Shown here piece after piece: positions 1-9,260 of a DNA stretch of 64,000 nucleotides. The notes under the pieces are model-generated. The model saw nothing but the letters and a program-made list of their open reading frames with translations. It was not told where the DNA came from and searched no databases. The position numbers and the translations under genes are program-made. How positions within the stretch are numbered: position 1 is the first letter of the stretch; the number at the start of each line of letters is the position of its first letter. The stretch is from contig NZ_DAORXT010000002.1 in assembly GCF_035371925.1 (NCBI RefSeq), positions 2,556-66,555 of the forward strand. Reading direction: 5' to 3'. Source of the DNA: Acetivibrio sp. GTDB lineage: Bacteria; Bacillota; Clostridia; Acetivibrionales; Acetivibrionaceae.

Positions 1-611
1 GAATGGGTCACCATAAGAATGGTCTGTCCGTCCTCATTAATTTTGCCAAACAAATGAAGCAGCTGATCCGTCGATTTTGAATCCAATGCTCCGGTAGGCT
101 CATCTGCCAGTATAATCTGGGGATTGGTAATAAGGGCACGGCAAACTGCTGCCCTCTGCTTTTGTCCTCCCGACACCTCGTAAGGGTATTTCTTTAGAAT
201 ATCTGTAATACCAAGTTTCTCAGCCAAAGGCTTTATCCTTTGCTCCATTTCCTTATAATCCTTGCCCGCCAATACCAAAGGAAGAAAAATATTGTCTTTG
301 AGCGAGAAAGTGTCCAAGAGGTTAAAGTCCTGGAAAACGAAGCCTATATTATCCCTACGAAAGGCTGAAATATCCTTATCCTTTATTTTTGTCATATCCT
401 TGCCCGACAGCAGCACATCTCCGCTCGTTGGCTTGTCCAAAGCCGCAAGGATGTTTAAAAGAGTGGTTTTTCCCGAGCCGGATTCCCCCATGATGGAGAC
501 ATATTCGCCGGCTTCTACCGAAAAGCTCACATCGGTCAAAGCCTGCACATGATTACCGCCAAACCGTGTGGTATATATCTTTTTGAGATTTCTTACTTCC
601 AACAATGCCAT
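1..611 (-). CDS. ABC transporter ATP-binding protein, BceA/MacB-like (C-terminus lies beyond window start)
   Basis: Manual reverse-strand translation from ATG at 609-611 (GGAGG upstream): MALLEVRNLKKIYTTRFGG..., Walker A GESGSGKTT, signature VSGGQKQR, Walker B ILADEP. Absent from ORF track because no stop lies inside the window. Confidence 0.85.
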   Translation of the reverse strand, partial: MALLEVRNLKKIYTTRFGGNHVQALTDVSFSVEAGEYVSIMGESGSGKTTLLNILAALDKPTSGDVLLSGKDMTKIKDKDISAFRRDNIGFVFQDFNLLDTFSLKDNIFLPLVLAGKDYKEMEQRIKPLAEKLGITDILKKYPYEVSGGQKQRAAVCRALITNPQIILADEPTGALDSKSTDQLLHLFGKINEDGQTILMVTH

Positions 612-754
612 TATAACAACCTCCTTAAAGCTTATACACTTATTTTAGCGGTAATACCCTCTTTCGTGACATCGATTCAGCTTACAATATCGGTTCTGTC
701 ACTTACATTTTTGTAAGCTTGAATAATAAAAATGACAGCATCAACTCTATATAC

Positions 755-1738
755 CTATTCCTGAAAACTTGTGCTCATTTCAATACGCACTGTTGTGCCT
801 TTTCCGATTTCGGATTCAAAGGAAATGCGATGCCCAAGCTTTGTCAATATCTGTTTTGTAAGATATAAACCGATACCCGATGCCCTTTTGTCAATTCTTC
901 CGTTATAGCCGGTATAGCCCTTTTCACAAATACGGGGTAAATCCTCGGGAGCAATACCGATTCCCGTATCTTTTATGAGCAATATGGTCTCATTTTCCGA
1001 GTCGATTAAAATATATCCTTCATTCGTATACTTAATTGCATTGGATAATATCTGCTCTATCGCAAAGCAAAGCCATTTCTCGTCGGTCAACACCTTGTGT
1101 TTCAGGTTTCCCAACTTTACGCTGATTTTCTTGCGGATAAACATCGGTGCATATTTACGCACCGATTGTTTTACCATATCCTCCATATCATATTCTTTCA
1201 GTACAAAATCCGTACTGTTGCTTCCCACACGAAGATAAGCCATGACCATCTCTACATATTGCTCAATCTTAAACAACTGTTCGGTGAGCTCATAATGCTG
1301 CCGGCTCTCTTCACTTTGAAGGATTAACCGCATGGCAGCAATAGGTGTCTTGATTTGATGAACCCACAGTGTGTAGTAGTCCAACATTTCTGCTTTTTCC
1401 CTGTCGCTTTTGGCAATGTATTGCTGTTTATCATTAAATACGGCCTGAATTAAAGCCATATAGTCCTGTTCAATCCGGTTTACAGCCTTCGGAAGCTGCT
1501 CTATTGAAATGGCAATATCCGATTGAAGCTCAGATAGCCTATGATGTTTCTTTAAAAATATAATATAGTCGTAAATTCCAAATACCAACACTACGACAAA
1601 GCACAGCAAACTTGCATAACCTACTGCCTCCAAAGGCAAATCATACAGAGAAAATACCGCAGCAAAAATTAATATAAAAATAAAAAGCATTATTATGAGA
1701 TTTCTTTTTGATTTCAAGTATGCGAATAGTATCTCCAT
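755..1738 (-). CDS. sensor histidine kinase, intramembrane-sensing BceS-like
   Basis: 327 aa; two N-terminal TM helices with a minimal loop, H-box WVHQIKTPI, ATPase motifs DTGIGI and SGIGLYL; abuts the response regulator stop. Confidence 0.85.
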   Translation of the reverse strand: MEILFAYLKSKRNLIIMLFIFILIFAAVFSLYDLPLEAVGYASLLCFVVVLVFGIYDYIIFLKKHHRLSELQSDIAISIEQLPKAVNRIEQDYMALIQAVFNDKQQYIAKSDREKAEMLDYYTLWVHQIKTPIAAMRLILQSEESRQHYELTEQLFKIEQYVEMVMAYLRVGSNSTDFVLKEYDMEDMVKQSVRKYAPMFIRKKISVKLGNLKHKVLTDEKWLCFAIEQILSNAIKYTNEGYILIDSENETILLIKDTGIGIAPEDLPRICEKGYTGYNGRIDKRASGIGLYLTKQILTKLGHRISFESEIGKGTTVRIEMSTSFQE

Positions 1739-1739
1739 A

Positions 1740-2411
1740 TTATTCCACCATATAACCCAAACCCTTTTTTGTTATAATAAATTCCTCTATTCCAATGCCG
1801 GCAAGCTTTTTTCTAAGCCTTGCTATATTTACGGTTAATGTATTCTCATCTACAAAATCATCTGTCTCCCAGAGACGATACATCAAAGTATCCCTGCTTA
1901 CCACCTTGCCCCGTTGCTCTAGCAATACTTGTAAAATTCGAAGTTCATTTTTCGTAAGGTCCAGTTTATCTCCTTGATACAGAAGTGAACAGTCCGATAA
2001 ATTAAGAACTACCCCCTTGTGCTCCAATACATCCGTTCCATAAGTAAAATCATAAGTTCTTCGAAGAAGAGCCTGTACCTTTGCCACCAAAACCGTCAAA
2101 TCAAAAGGCTTGGCAATGAAGTCATCCGCACCCATATTAATAGCCATGACAATATTCATATTGTCCGATGCTGAGGAGATAAAGATAATCGGTACCTGCG
2201 ATATCTTTCTAATCTCACTGCACCAATGATACCCGTTATAAAACGGCAAGGATATATCTATAAGAACCAAATGGGGAGAAAACTCGGCGAAATCCGAAAG
2301 TACATTCTGAAAATCCGTTACACAGCGGGTTATCATTCCCCAAGAGGCCAGATGTTCTTTAATTATGTTGGCGATTGTCGTATCGTCCTCTACAATAAGT
2401 ATTTTATGCAT
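1740..2411 (-). CDS. OmpR/PhoB-family response regulator, BceR-like
   Basis: 223 aa; receiver domain (MHKILIVEDD, LVLIDISLP) and C-terminal winged-helix (LTKNELRILQVLL, TLTVNIARLRKKL). Confidence 0.9.
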   Translation of the reverse strand: MHKILIVEDDTTIANIIKEHLASWGMITRCVTDFQNVLSDFAEFSPHLVLIDISLPFYNGYHWCSEIRKISQVPIIFISSASDNMNIVMAINMGADDFIAKPFDLTVLVAKVQALLRRTYDFTYGTDVLEHKGVVLNLSDCSLLYQGDKLDLTKNELRILQVLLEQRGKVVSRDTLMYRLWETDDFVDENTLTVNIARLRKKLAGIGIEEFIITKKGLGYMVE

Positions 2412-2761
2412 TCTTTTTCACCCATGGTACATACTATTTTGTTTAGTATTTAGTACTTTTATTTTTTCCTATTACTAATAGCAATATTTTATTTGTTATT
2501 ATCAAAGGAGTCAATTTCCTCTTTATTTTTCGCATTTACTTGTCCAAAATTATATCAATTTGACTAAGAAGTTTAATTAGCAGATTTTAATTTTTTATTT
2601 TATCTCTAATACCGTTAATTTTTACTATGTTTTTGTAATTGCAACCGTCAATACCAACAAAGCCTGTATACCTGCCTAATTGTAAAATAACCGAAACTTT
2701 TTGACGATAAAACCTATGACAGCAAAATAGACTATATAGTTTGTGTATGAGGAAATGCTTA

Positions 2762-3112
2762 ATGTCTTCAATCATAACCATCAAATATTTCAAGCTTTTT
2801 CTTGTTTCTATTGTTGCTATACTCATTGCAGCAATACTTGGCGAAAATATAGTTTTCGTAATTGATTTTCCCTCAGTGATTTTTCTCTTTGTGGGCACTG
2901 CGTTACTTACTCTTATTGGTTATAAAAAGGGAATATCTAGAGAAAAGTTATTTGATAACATCAAGCGCAATTGCATCATCACCGGCTTTGTAGGTTTTTT
3001 TCTCGGTTTTTTGATGGCATTGTGTACAACAGCCAATCTCGAAGATTTGTCGGTAAATATTGTTATAAGTATGTTAATTATTTCATATACCTTTTTTATA
3101 TCTTGGGATTAA
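2762..3112 (+). CDS. hypothetical small membrane protein (3-4 TM; N-terminus faintly MotA/TolQ-like)
   Basis: ORF 2741-3112; ATG at 2762 follows a GAGGA; hydrophobic segments; VFVIDFPSVIFLFVGT resembles the start of MotA/ExbB-type proteins but the protein is far too short. Confidence 0.4.
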   Translation: MSSIITIKYFKLFLVSIVAILIAAILGENIVFVIDFPSVIFLFVGTALLTLIGYKKGISREKLFDNIKRNCIITGFVGFFLGFLMALCTTANLEDLSVNIVISMLIISYTFFISWD

Positions 3113-3286
3113 TGCTCTTAAGTTAAAGGCCATAAAATCTATTCCAAATTCCCCCGAAAACTCAAAAAATTCAGATGTAAAACCTCCAATAAATTCGGAT
3201 GATATTTACAATCAGTATTGTTTGTCGGAAAGAGAAAAGCTCATTGTAGAAAAACTCATTCAAGGTGCCAGCAATATAGAAAAAAC

Positions 3287-3481
3287 ATGACAAGAAACGA
3301 TATATTTATCAGGATTAAAAGGTACAGTATATACAGTGGCTGGCTCACGGCTTTAACTGGTATTATATCATATTTAGGGGGGCTTTCCAGCACATTTGAT
3401 GTCAGAATATTGGGTATATGTATTTTAGGGCTGTCTTATGGGTATGTTGCAAGCTTTATTATTGATTGCTTTATAGAATAG
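3287..3481 (+). CDS. hypothetical small membrane protein
   Basis: Internal ATG of ORF 3218-3481; two predicted TM helices; no recognisable family; weak support. Confidence 0.25.
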   Translation: MTRNDIFIRIKRYSIYSGWLTALTGIISYLGGLSSTFDVRILGICILGLSYGYVASFIIDCFIE

Positions 3482-3520
3482 TACTATAAGAAAATGCTTA
3501 AAATTTGCGTATAGAAAATC

Positions 3521-3575
3521 AAAAATCTCCTTCTTGGCAAAAATTGTGGAAGCGATATCCAAGGAGGAGATTTTT
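3521..3575. terminator. bidirectional hairpin between convergent genes
   Basis: AAAAATCTCCTTCTTGG (3521-3537) pairs with CCAAGGAGGAGATTTTT (3559-3575), one mismatch, A/T runs on both sides. Confidence 0.5.
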
Positions 3576-3668
3576 AATCGACTTAAAATTACTTGTCAAG
3601 AAGGCTCGTTGTAAAATTAAATGCAACAGGTAAAATCCTTAAGAATGTTTTTTACTACACTCCTCCGC

Positions 3669-4406
3669 TTATTCTATTTCCTTCAAAATTCTACTGAAAA
3701 ACTCCCGGGTTTCGTCTTTATCATTCATATTAAAAATAACAACACCCTTATTAGTTTCAAGATAGATGAAAGGCGGGTTTTCAGTATCAACAAACAATTT
3801 CCCCGACCCCAGTTCCTTTGTCCTAAAATATCCCTTTAATTTTGAACCTATAGCCGAACCGTTGGTACGCATCTCAATAGTTGGCAGCTCTTCCTCCAAG
3901 CTGACATTCTCAATGGATTCCCATGTATAAACATCCCCGTACATACCATGGATTTGAATACCTTCTTCAAGAAAACTTATTTTTGCCGGCTGAAATGCAA
4001 AGTACAGCGCAACAGTCACAAAGATTAATGTTACAGCACAAATAACGCCGGGAATCACAAGCTGCTTTTCCGCACCCTTTCGGAGCTTTCCATTTTCGTC
4101 ATAAATATTTCCGTCATACTTTTGGGCCTTAATCAACATATAAAATGTTGACACCATAAAGAACCCAATGAACAAAATCAAGGTTTTTTCCGGCTCAAAA
4201 GCATAAAAAAGGCCGGATGCAATAGATACACCGCCGTTTACATAAAAGTATATACCTATCAGCCGTCCAAGGCCTTTTGTATCCACATTTGCTTTTTTCT
4301 CTTCAGGCATGGTGTTATATCCGGAGATTAAAAAATACCATTTGAATACATGAATTGTCATCCCCATCAAGATAAGGAATGCACCCATTATTATAAAAAA
4401 CCACAT
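3669..4406 (-). CDS. membrane protein with DUF3784-like N-terminal domain
   Basis: 245 aa; LISGYNTMPEEKKANVD motif typical of DUF3784, four TM helices, soluble C-terminal domain. Confidence 0.6.
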   Translation of the reverse strand: MWFFIIMGAFLILMGMTIHVFKWYFLISGYNTMPEEKKANVDTKGLGRLIGIYFYVNGGVSIASGLFYAFEPEKTLILFIGFFMVSTFYMLIKAQKYDGNIYDENGKLRKGAEKQLVIPGVICAVTLIFVTVALYFAFQPAKISFLEEGIQIHGMYGDVYTWESIENVSLEEELPTIEMRTNGSAIGSKLKGYFRTKELGSGKLFVDTENPPFIYLETNKGVVIFNMNDKDETREFFSRILKEIE

Positions 4407-4626
4407 AGCAAACCTTCTTACTAATAATTATCATAATTTCATTATATCACATTATACCATTACTATGCTACTTACTCGTAACAAATAGTATATGAATAGT
4501 GAACTATGTACTTTTATAAGAAAGTTTTGCAATAGATATAGCCCATATTGATTTTTTACGAATAGAATCTACTCAAAGACAAATAATTGGCCAATTGCAC
4601 CAGGATATTCAGCAATATGCATATGA

Positions 4627-4660
4627 AAAAAGAGCCAAGAGGAATAATCCTCTTTGGCTC
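4627..4660 (-). terminator. rho-independent terminator of folE
   Basis: Minus strand GAGCCAAAGAGGAttattCCTCTTGGCTC followed by TTTTTT; overlaps the folE stop codon. Confidence 0.55.
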
Positions 4661-5222
4661 ATCTTCCGTTTATGAGAGCCATAACCTCTGCCCTGGTCCG
4701 GGCATCGGTTTTAATGATACCTCGAAGTGCTGAAGTTACGGTTTTTGAACCTGCCTTTTTTATTCCTCTCATAGTCATACACAAGTGCTCAGCCTCTACC
4801 ACTACTGCCACTCCCAAAGGATCTATGGTGTCCATTATAACATTGGCAACTTCACTTCCCAGTCTCTCCTGAAGCTGAGGCTTCCTTGCAATAAGGTCAA
4901 CTATCCTGGCAAGTTTGCTAAGCCCCATAATCCTGCCCTTCCTAGGGATATAAACCACATGTGCCACCCCTATAAACGGGAGCAGATGATGCTCACAAAT
5001 CGAGTAAATAGGGATATCTTTCACCATTACCATTTCTTCATGGCTTTCCTCCTGAAACACCTTCACAACCGACTTTGGATCCTGATGGAGTCCGGCAAAT
5101 ATCTCTTCACACATCCTTGCCACACGGTCGGGAGTCTCAAGCAATCCTTCACGGTCAGGGTCTTCTCCGATACCAATCAATATTTCCCTTACGGCAGCTT
5201 TTATACGTTCTTTGTCTATCAT
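4659..5222 (-). CDS. folE: GTP cyclohydrolase I
   Basis: 187 aa; [10 protein letters not shown] and [14 protein letters not shown] motifs diagnostic of FolE type I. Confidence 0.95.
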   Translation of the reverse strand: MIDKERIKAAVREILIGIGEDPDREGLLETPDRVARMCEEIFAGLHQDPKSVVKVFQEESHEEMVMVKDIPIYSICEHHLLPFIGVAHVVYIPRKGRIMGLSKLARIVDLIARKPQLQERLGSEVANVIMDTIDPLGVAVVVEAEHLCMTMRGIKKAGSKTVTSALRGIIKTDARTRAEVMALINGR

Positions 5223-5291
5223 AGCAATACCTCTTTCTATTTATTGAATATCAGTAACTGTTTTCTATTTTGCGTTACTTTCCTTTATAAC

Positions 5292-5320
5292 ATTATACTT
5301 CATAAATAGAAAAAGGACAA
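5292..5320 (-). promoter_or_regulatory. putative sigma-A promoter for folE
   Basis: Minus strand TTGTCC-17 nt-TATAAT in the 104-nt gap between cphA stop and folE start. Confidence 0.4.
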
Positions 5321-5326
5321 AATCTT

Positions 5327-7975
5327 TTATCCGACACTCTGAATTACAGGCCCGGTTGCCATAGTATTCTCCGCAAGCTCTCTGCGAATCCGTTCCACAA
5401 CTTCTACAGCCCTTTCAAAATCTTCATAAAACATAACTATAAAATCTCCGGACTGTGCATCAAGAAGTGCTTTCTCGAGGGCTCTATCCTCGGAATACAC
5501 TATTTCTACATTTTCCTTTCCGGTTCCGCTGCTAATAACTGCATCGTAAAAAATCCCGGCAACCTCTCCCGGCTCCCTTCCTCGAAGGTCATCATCTTCT
5601 TTTATATAAATTTTGGAGAAATACTTACTGCATATTTCTCCAGCCTTGTATATGCTGGAATCGTCCCTGTCACCCGGCATGCCTATAATCCCCACAAGCC
5701 TTTTTGCTTCAATCCTGTCCAAAAACTTCATGACCTCGCTGTATCCCGCCGGGTTATGGCTGTAGTCAAGCATTACCTTGAAATCGCCCATATCCACAAT
5801 ATTAAACCTTCCCGGATTGGATTTAATATCGGGTCTGAAGGTTGCCAGCCCTTTCCGTATTGCTTCAACAGAAAGGTTTAAGCCATACAGCGCAGAAGCA
5901 GCCGCAAGGGAGTTTTCAATATTGCATTCGACTATTCCTCCGTAGGTTATGGGAATCTCACTGACATTCATAAGTGCTTCGGAACTTTTCCCGTTGTATA
6001 TAATAATCGTATCTTCATCCACATACAAAGCCTTTTTGCCCTTTTTCATATGCTCCCCGACAATGGGATTGTCGCTTTTTTTGGAAAACAAGATAATTTC
6101 ACCTTTTGCTCTCTCCATGAAATACCCGACAAATTTGTCATCGGCATTCAATACAGAATATCCATCGGGCTTTACCGCCTCGATTACCAAAGACTTGGCA
6201 AATGCCAAATCCTCAAGGGTATTCATTCCGTCCATCCCAAGATGATCCTCTGCAATATTGGTTATAACTCCCACATCTGCAAGGTCATACCCAAGGCCTT
6301 TTCTCACAATTCCGCCTCTTGCAGTCTCCAACACCGCGGCTTCCACTTCCTTTGATGCCAATACCATTGCCGCACTTGCCGGTCCCGCGTTGTCCCCTTT
6401 GAGCACACACTCATCACCAATATAGACACCGGCGGTGGATGTCATTCCCACCTTTTTCCCAAGACAAGCAAGAGTATGCCTGATCAATCGTGTAGTGGTC
6501 GTCTTTCCGTTGGTACCGGTAACCGATACAATGGGAATCGAATGGGGCGCAGCTTCCGGAAACATCATATCCAGTATGTCGCCCGCTACATTCTTAGCCT
6601 TTCCTTCTGACGGAAACAAATGCATCCTAAGTCCCGGAGCCGCATTTATTTCAATTACTGCACCATTATTGTGAGTTATCGGTACCGATATATCCTCAGC
6701 GGTAATATCCACACCTGCAATATCAAGCCCGATGATTTGGGCAGCTCTCACTGCCATATCTGCATTATACGGATGTATCTCATCAGTACATTCTCTGGCA
6801 GTTCCTCCAGTACTTAAGTTTCCATTGTATCTTAGATATATTCTTTTGCCCAAAGGAGGTATATGACCCTTGTCAACGCCTTGGTCCTTCAAAACCTTTA
6901 GCGCTGTAGCATCCAATTTGATTTTTGTAAGGGGCTTTTCATGGTCATCTCCCCTCAAATTATTGGAATTCTCAATTTCAATAAGCTCCTCCACCGTATG
7001 GATACCATCCCCCACTATAAAAGGAGGCCTTCTTTCGGAGACTGCCGCAACCCTGTTGCCAATTACCAAAACCCTGTAGTCTTTTCCTTTCACATATCTC
7101 TCCACCAGGATCACTCTTGAATACTTTTTTGCTTCATTATACGCAATCTCCATCTCCCGTTCGTTTTTAACATTCAAGGTAACCCCTTTTCCCTGATTGC
7201 TATCCAATGGCTTTATTACAACCGGGAAGCCTATTTCCTGTGCTATTTGCAAAGCACCTTCAAAACTGTAAGCCGTATCACCGTCAGGTACGGGAATTTT
7301 ACTTTCCGTCAAAAGGCGTTTTGTAAGCTGCTTGTTTCCTGCCATATCAACGCTGACACAGCTCGGAAAGTCCGTCAAAGAAGCCTGAATAATTCGGGAA
7401 TACTTGCCGTATCCCAGCCTTAGAATACTGCCGTCGCCTATTCTTGTGACAGGTATTCCCCTCTTTTTTGCCTCTTCATAAATCGCTTTTGTACTAGGTC
7501 CCATATCCGTCTCCACTGCAATGGCCCTTAAATTGTTTAAAATTGCTTCTATATCAACTTCTTCATTTTGTACAAGCTTTAAAATAATGTTTACCGCCGA
7601 TCTTGCACATTCTACAGCACACTTTTCGTTCTTATATTCAAACACTATGTTATATAGTGAAGGTTCCTCAACAACCCGTGTCTTGCCATAATTGACCTCA
7701 TATCCCAGTATATTTTGAATCTCTATAATCAAATGCTCGGTTACATGTCCTATATACGTGCCTTCATTTAAACGTTCTGCAAAACCACCCTCATATCCCA
7801 GAGAACAATAATGTTTTTTCAAACCGGGAAACATAGCAAGAAGTCTTTGGTTAAAATTTCCCAAGTCCTTTGTAGGTGATTTGTACAACTGCCCTACATC
7901 CAATGTTATCTTAACAACTGGCTTGTGACTGTAAATGTTTCTTCCTGCAAAGCATTGTATACTTTGTATTTGCAC
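5327..7975 (-). CDS. cphA: cyanophycin synthetase
   Basis: About 882 aa; N-terminal ATP-grasp half plus Mur-ligase half (VTGTNGKTTT P-loop). Start set at GTG 7973-7975, 7 nt after AGGAGG; the ORF-track ATG at 8002 abuts the cphB stop and lacks an RBS. Confidence 0.93.
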   Translation of the reverse strand: MQIQSIQCFAGRNIYSHKPVVKITLDVGQLYKSPTKDLGNFNQRLLAMFPGLKKHYCSLGYEGGFAERLNEGTYIGHVTEHLIIEIQNILGYEVNYGKTRVVEEPSLYNIVFEYKNEKCAVECARSAVNIILKLVQNEEVDIEAILNNLRAIAVETDMGPSTKAIYEEAKKRGIPVTRIGDGSILRLGYGKYSRIIQASLTDFPSCVSVDMAGNKQLTKRLLTESKIPVPDGDTAYSFEGALQIAQEIGFPVVIKPLDSNQGKGVTLNVKNEREMEIAYNEAKKYSRVILVERYVKGKDYRVLVIGNRVAAVSERRPPFIVGDGIHTVEELIEIENSNNLRGDDHEKPLTKIKLDATALKVLKDQGVDKGHIPPLGKRIYLRYNGNLSTGGTARECTDEIHPYNADMAVRAAQIIGLDIAGVDITAEDISVPITHNNGAVIEINAAPGLRMHLFPSEGKAKNVAGDILDMMFPEAAPHSIPIVSVTGTNGKTTTTRLIRHTLACLGKKVGMTSTAGVYIGDECVLKGDNAGPASAAMVLASKEVEAAVLETARGGIVRKGLGYDLADVGVITNIAEDHLGMDGMNTLEDLAFAKSLVIEAVKPDGYSVLNADDKFVGYFMERAKGEIILFSKKSDNPIVGEHMKKGKKALYVDEDTIIIYNGKSSEALMNVSEIPITYGGIVECNIENSLAAASALYGLNLSVEAIRKGLATFRPDIKSNPGRFNIVDMGDFKVMLDYSHNPAGYSEVMKFLDRIEAKRLVGIIGMPGDRDDSSIYKAGEICSKYFSKIYIKEDDDLRGREPGEVAGIFYDAVISSGTGKENVEIVYSEDRALEKALLDAQSGDFIVMFYEDFERAVEVVERIRRELAENTMATGPVIQSVG

Positions 7976-8002
7976 TTTCCTTCCTCCTAAATAAAAAAGC
8001 AA

Positions 8003-8824
8003 TTAGAGTTTTTTATCAGTAAGACGTAATACTTCTCTTTTTTTCATGTCAAATCCATATCCGCAAGGCAAGACATGCAGCGTTACTCCGGAGATTGCCA
8101 GTATTTCATCGGGATTGAGCTCAGATACATTGGAACTCTTTATTGTGCTGCCGTCAATAACTGTGACGGCATTGCTTCCTAGCACCTCAAAATGGGCATC
8201 GGGGTACACCCTTATGGCCGTATCCTCGTCTATCCCTATTCCCAGCATAAAGGGGTTCTCCGCCACACCGCAAAGAAGCCTTCCGATTCTTCCCCTTTGG
8301 TCAAAATGCTGGTCAATTATAGCTTCTTCAAGAAGTCCCAATCCCGGAGCCATCTTCATGGTGCATTTCCTTGCCGGCTCATTGTCTTTTCCTTCAACTA
8401 CCATTGTGTTGCTCATAACAGAAGCCCCCGCACTTGTCCCAACAATCAACACACCTCTTGAGTAAGCCTCATGCAGAGCTTTATATGCCTTTGTACCTCC
8501 GAGAATGCTTGTTATTCTGAGCTGGTCCCCTCCGGTAAAAAATATTCCTCCGGAATTTTTTATTCTTTCGGCATTCTCATCCAAGTTTGCCTCATTGCGC
8601 GAATTCATATTCAATACATCTATATCCTTTAATCCCAGTGTTTCGAATACCTGTCTGTAGTTGCTTCCGACCTCCTGAGGCTTTTCGGTGGCTGTTGTCA
8701 ATATCACCAAGCTGCCTTTCCTTTCCCTGATGATGTCGGCAACATGCTTTAATATGGTTTTTTTTCCAGCTTTGTCCTCTGCACCGCCAATTATAATCAA
8801 ATTTCCCCTTACTTTCTCACCCAT
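8003..8824 (-). CDS. cphB: cyanophycinase (peptidase S51)
   Basis: 273 aa from second ATG (GGAGG 5 nt upstream); LIIIGGAEDK, FTGGDQLRI and nucleophile motif GTSAGAS. Confidence 0.9.
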   Translation of the reverse strand: MGEKVRGNLIIIGGAEDKAGKKTILKHVADIIRERKGSLVILTTATEKPQEVGSNYRQVFETLGLKDIDVLNMNSRNEANLDENAERIKNSGGIFFTGGDQLRITSILGGTKAYKALHEAYSRGVLIVGTSAGASVMSNTMVVEGKDNEPARKCTMKMAPGLGLLEEAIIDQHFDQRGRIGRLLCGVAENPFMLGIGIDEDTAIRVYPDAHFEVLGSNAVTVIDGSTIKSSNVSELNPDEILAISGVTLHVLPCGYGFDMKKREVLRLTDKKL

Positions 8825-8931
8825 TACTTCCTCCAACTTTTGTATATAAAATACTTGGTAGAAATTCCTTTACATATGTCATCAATAAAAAAGCAAGGCT
8901 TTTATTTCTCCCCTTGCTCTTTTATTACGGA

Positions 8932-9192
8932 CTATATGCCAAAATAGCGTCTTGCATAGTTCATTATCACTCCGCTGAATATCAGGCCTATACCCATGAG
9001 GATAATACTTGACACTATTAGAGGCAGTCCGGCTTTGCTCCCGTTTTTGGTTGCCAGTATGCCCATTATTACTCCCACCACTCCAAAAATAAACGGATAT
9101 ATAACCAAGGACAGCAAAGCCGAAATCCATCCTATTGCCAGCAAGACTATATTGCTCCTGGCGCTTGTCTTTTGAATATTTATTCTTTCCAT
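8932..9192 (-). CDS. hypothetical small membrane protein
   Basis: About 86 aa, two to three TM helices, sits between cphB and the isoaspartyl dipeptidase; no family recognised. Confidence 0.45.
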   Translation of the reverse strand: MERINIQKTSARSNIVLLAIGWISALLSLVIYPFIFGVVGVIMGILATKNGSKAGLPLIVSSIILMGIGLIFSGVIMNYARRYFGI

Positions 9193-9260
9193 AACATCAC
9201 CCAAGTTAGTATTTGCACGTTTTAATACGGCTATTCATTATCCCATGCTTTTTAACATTA

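Noticed and set aside
2587-2898. 103-aa minus-strand ORF in the AT-rich gap after the response regulator
   Set aside because: No RBS, odd composition, overlaps the plus-strand membrane ORF, and no recognisable family.
7976-8002. N-terminal extensions given by the ORF track (cphA from 8002, cphB from 8836, pseC from 24864, pseI from 28649, pseF from 29349, ACP from 33937, yvyF from 56065, and others)
   Set aside because: In each case an internal ATG, GTG or TTG is preceded by a well-spaced GGAGG-type RBS and matches the usual family N-terminus. The longer versions would start inside the upstream gene without an RBS.
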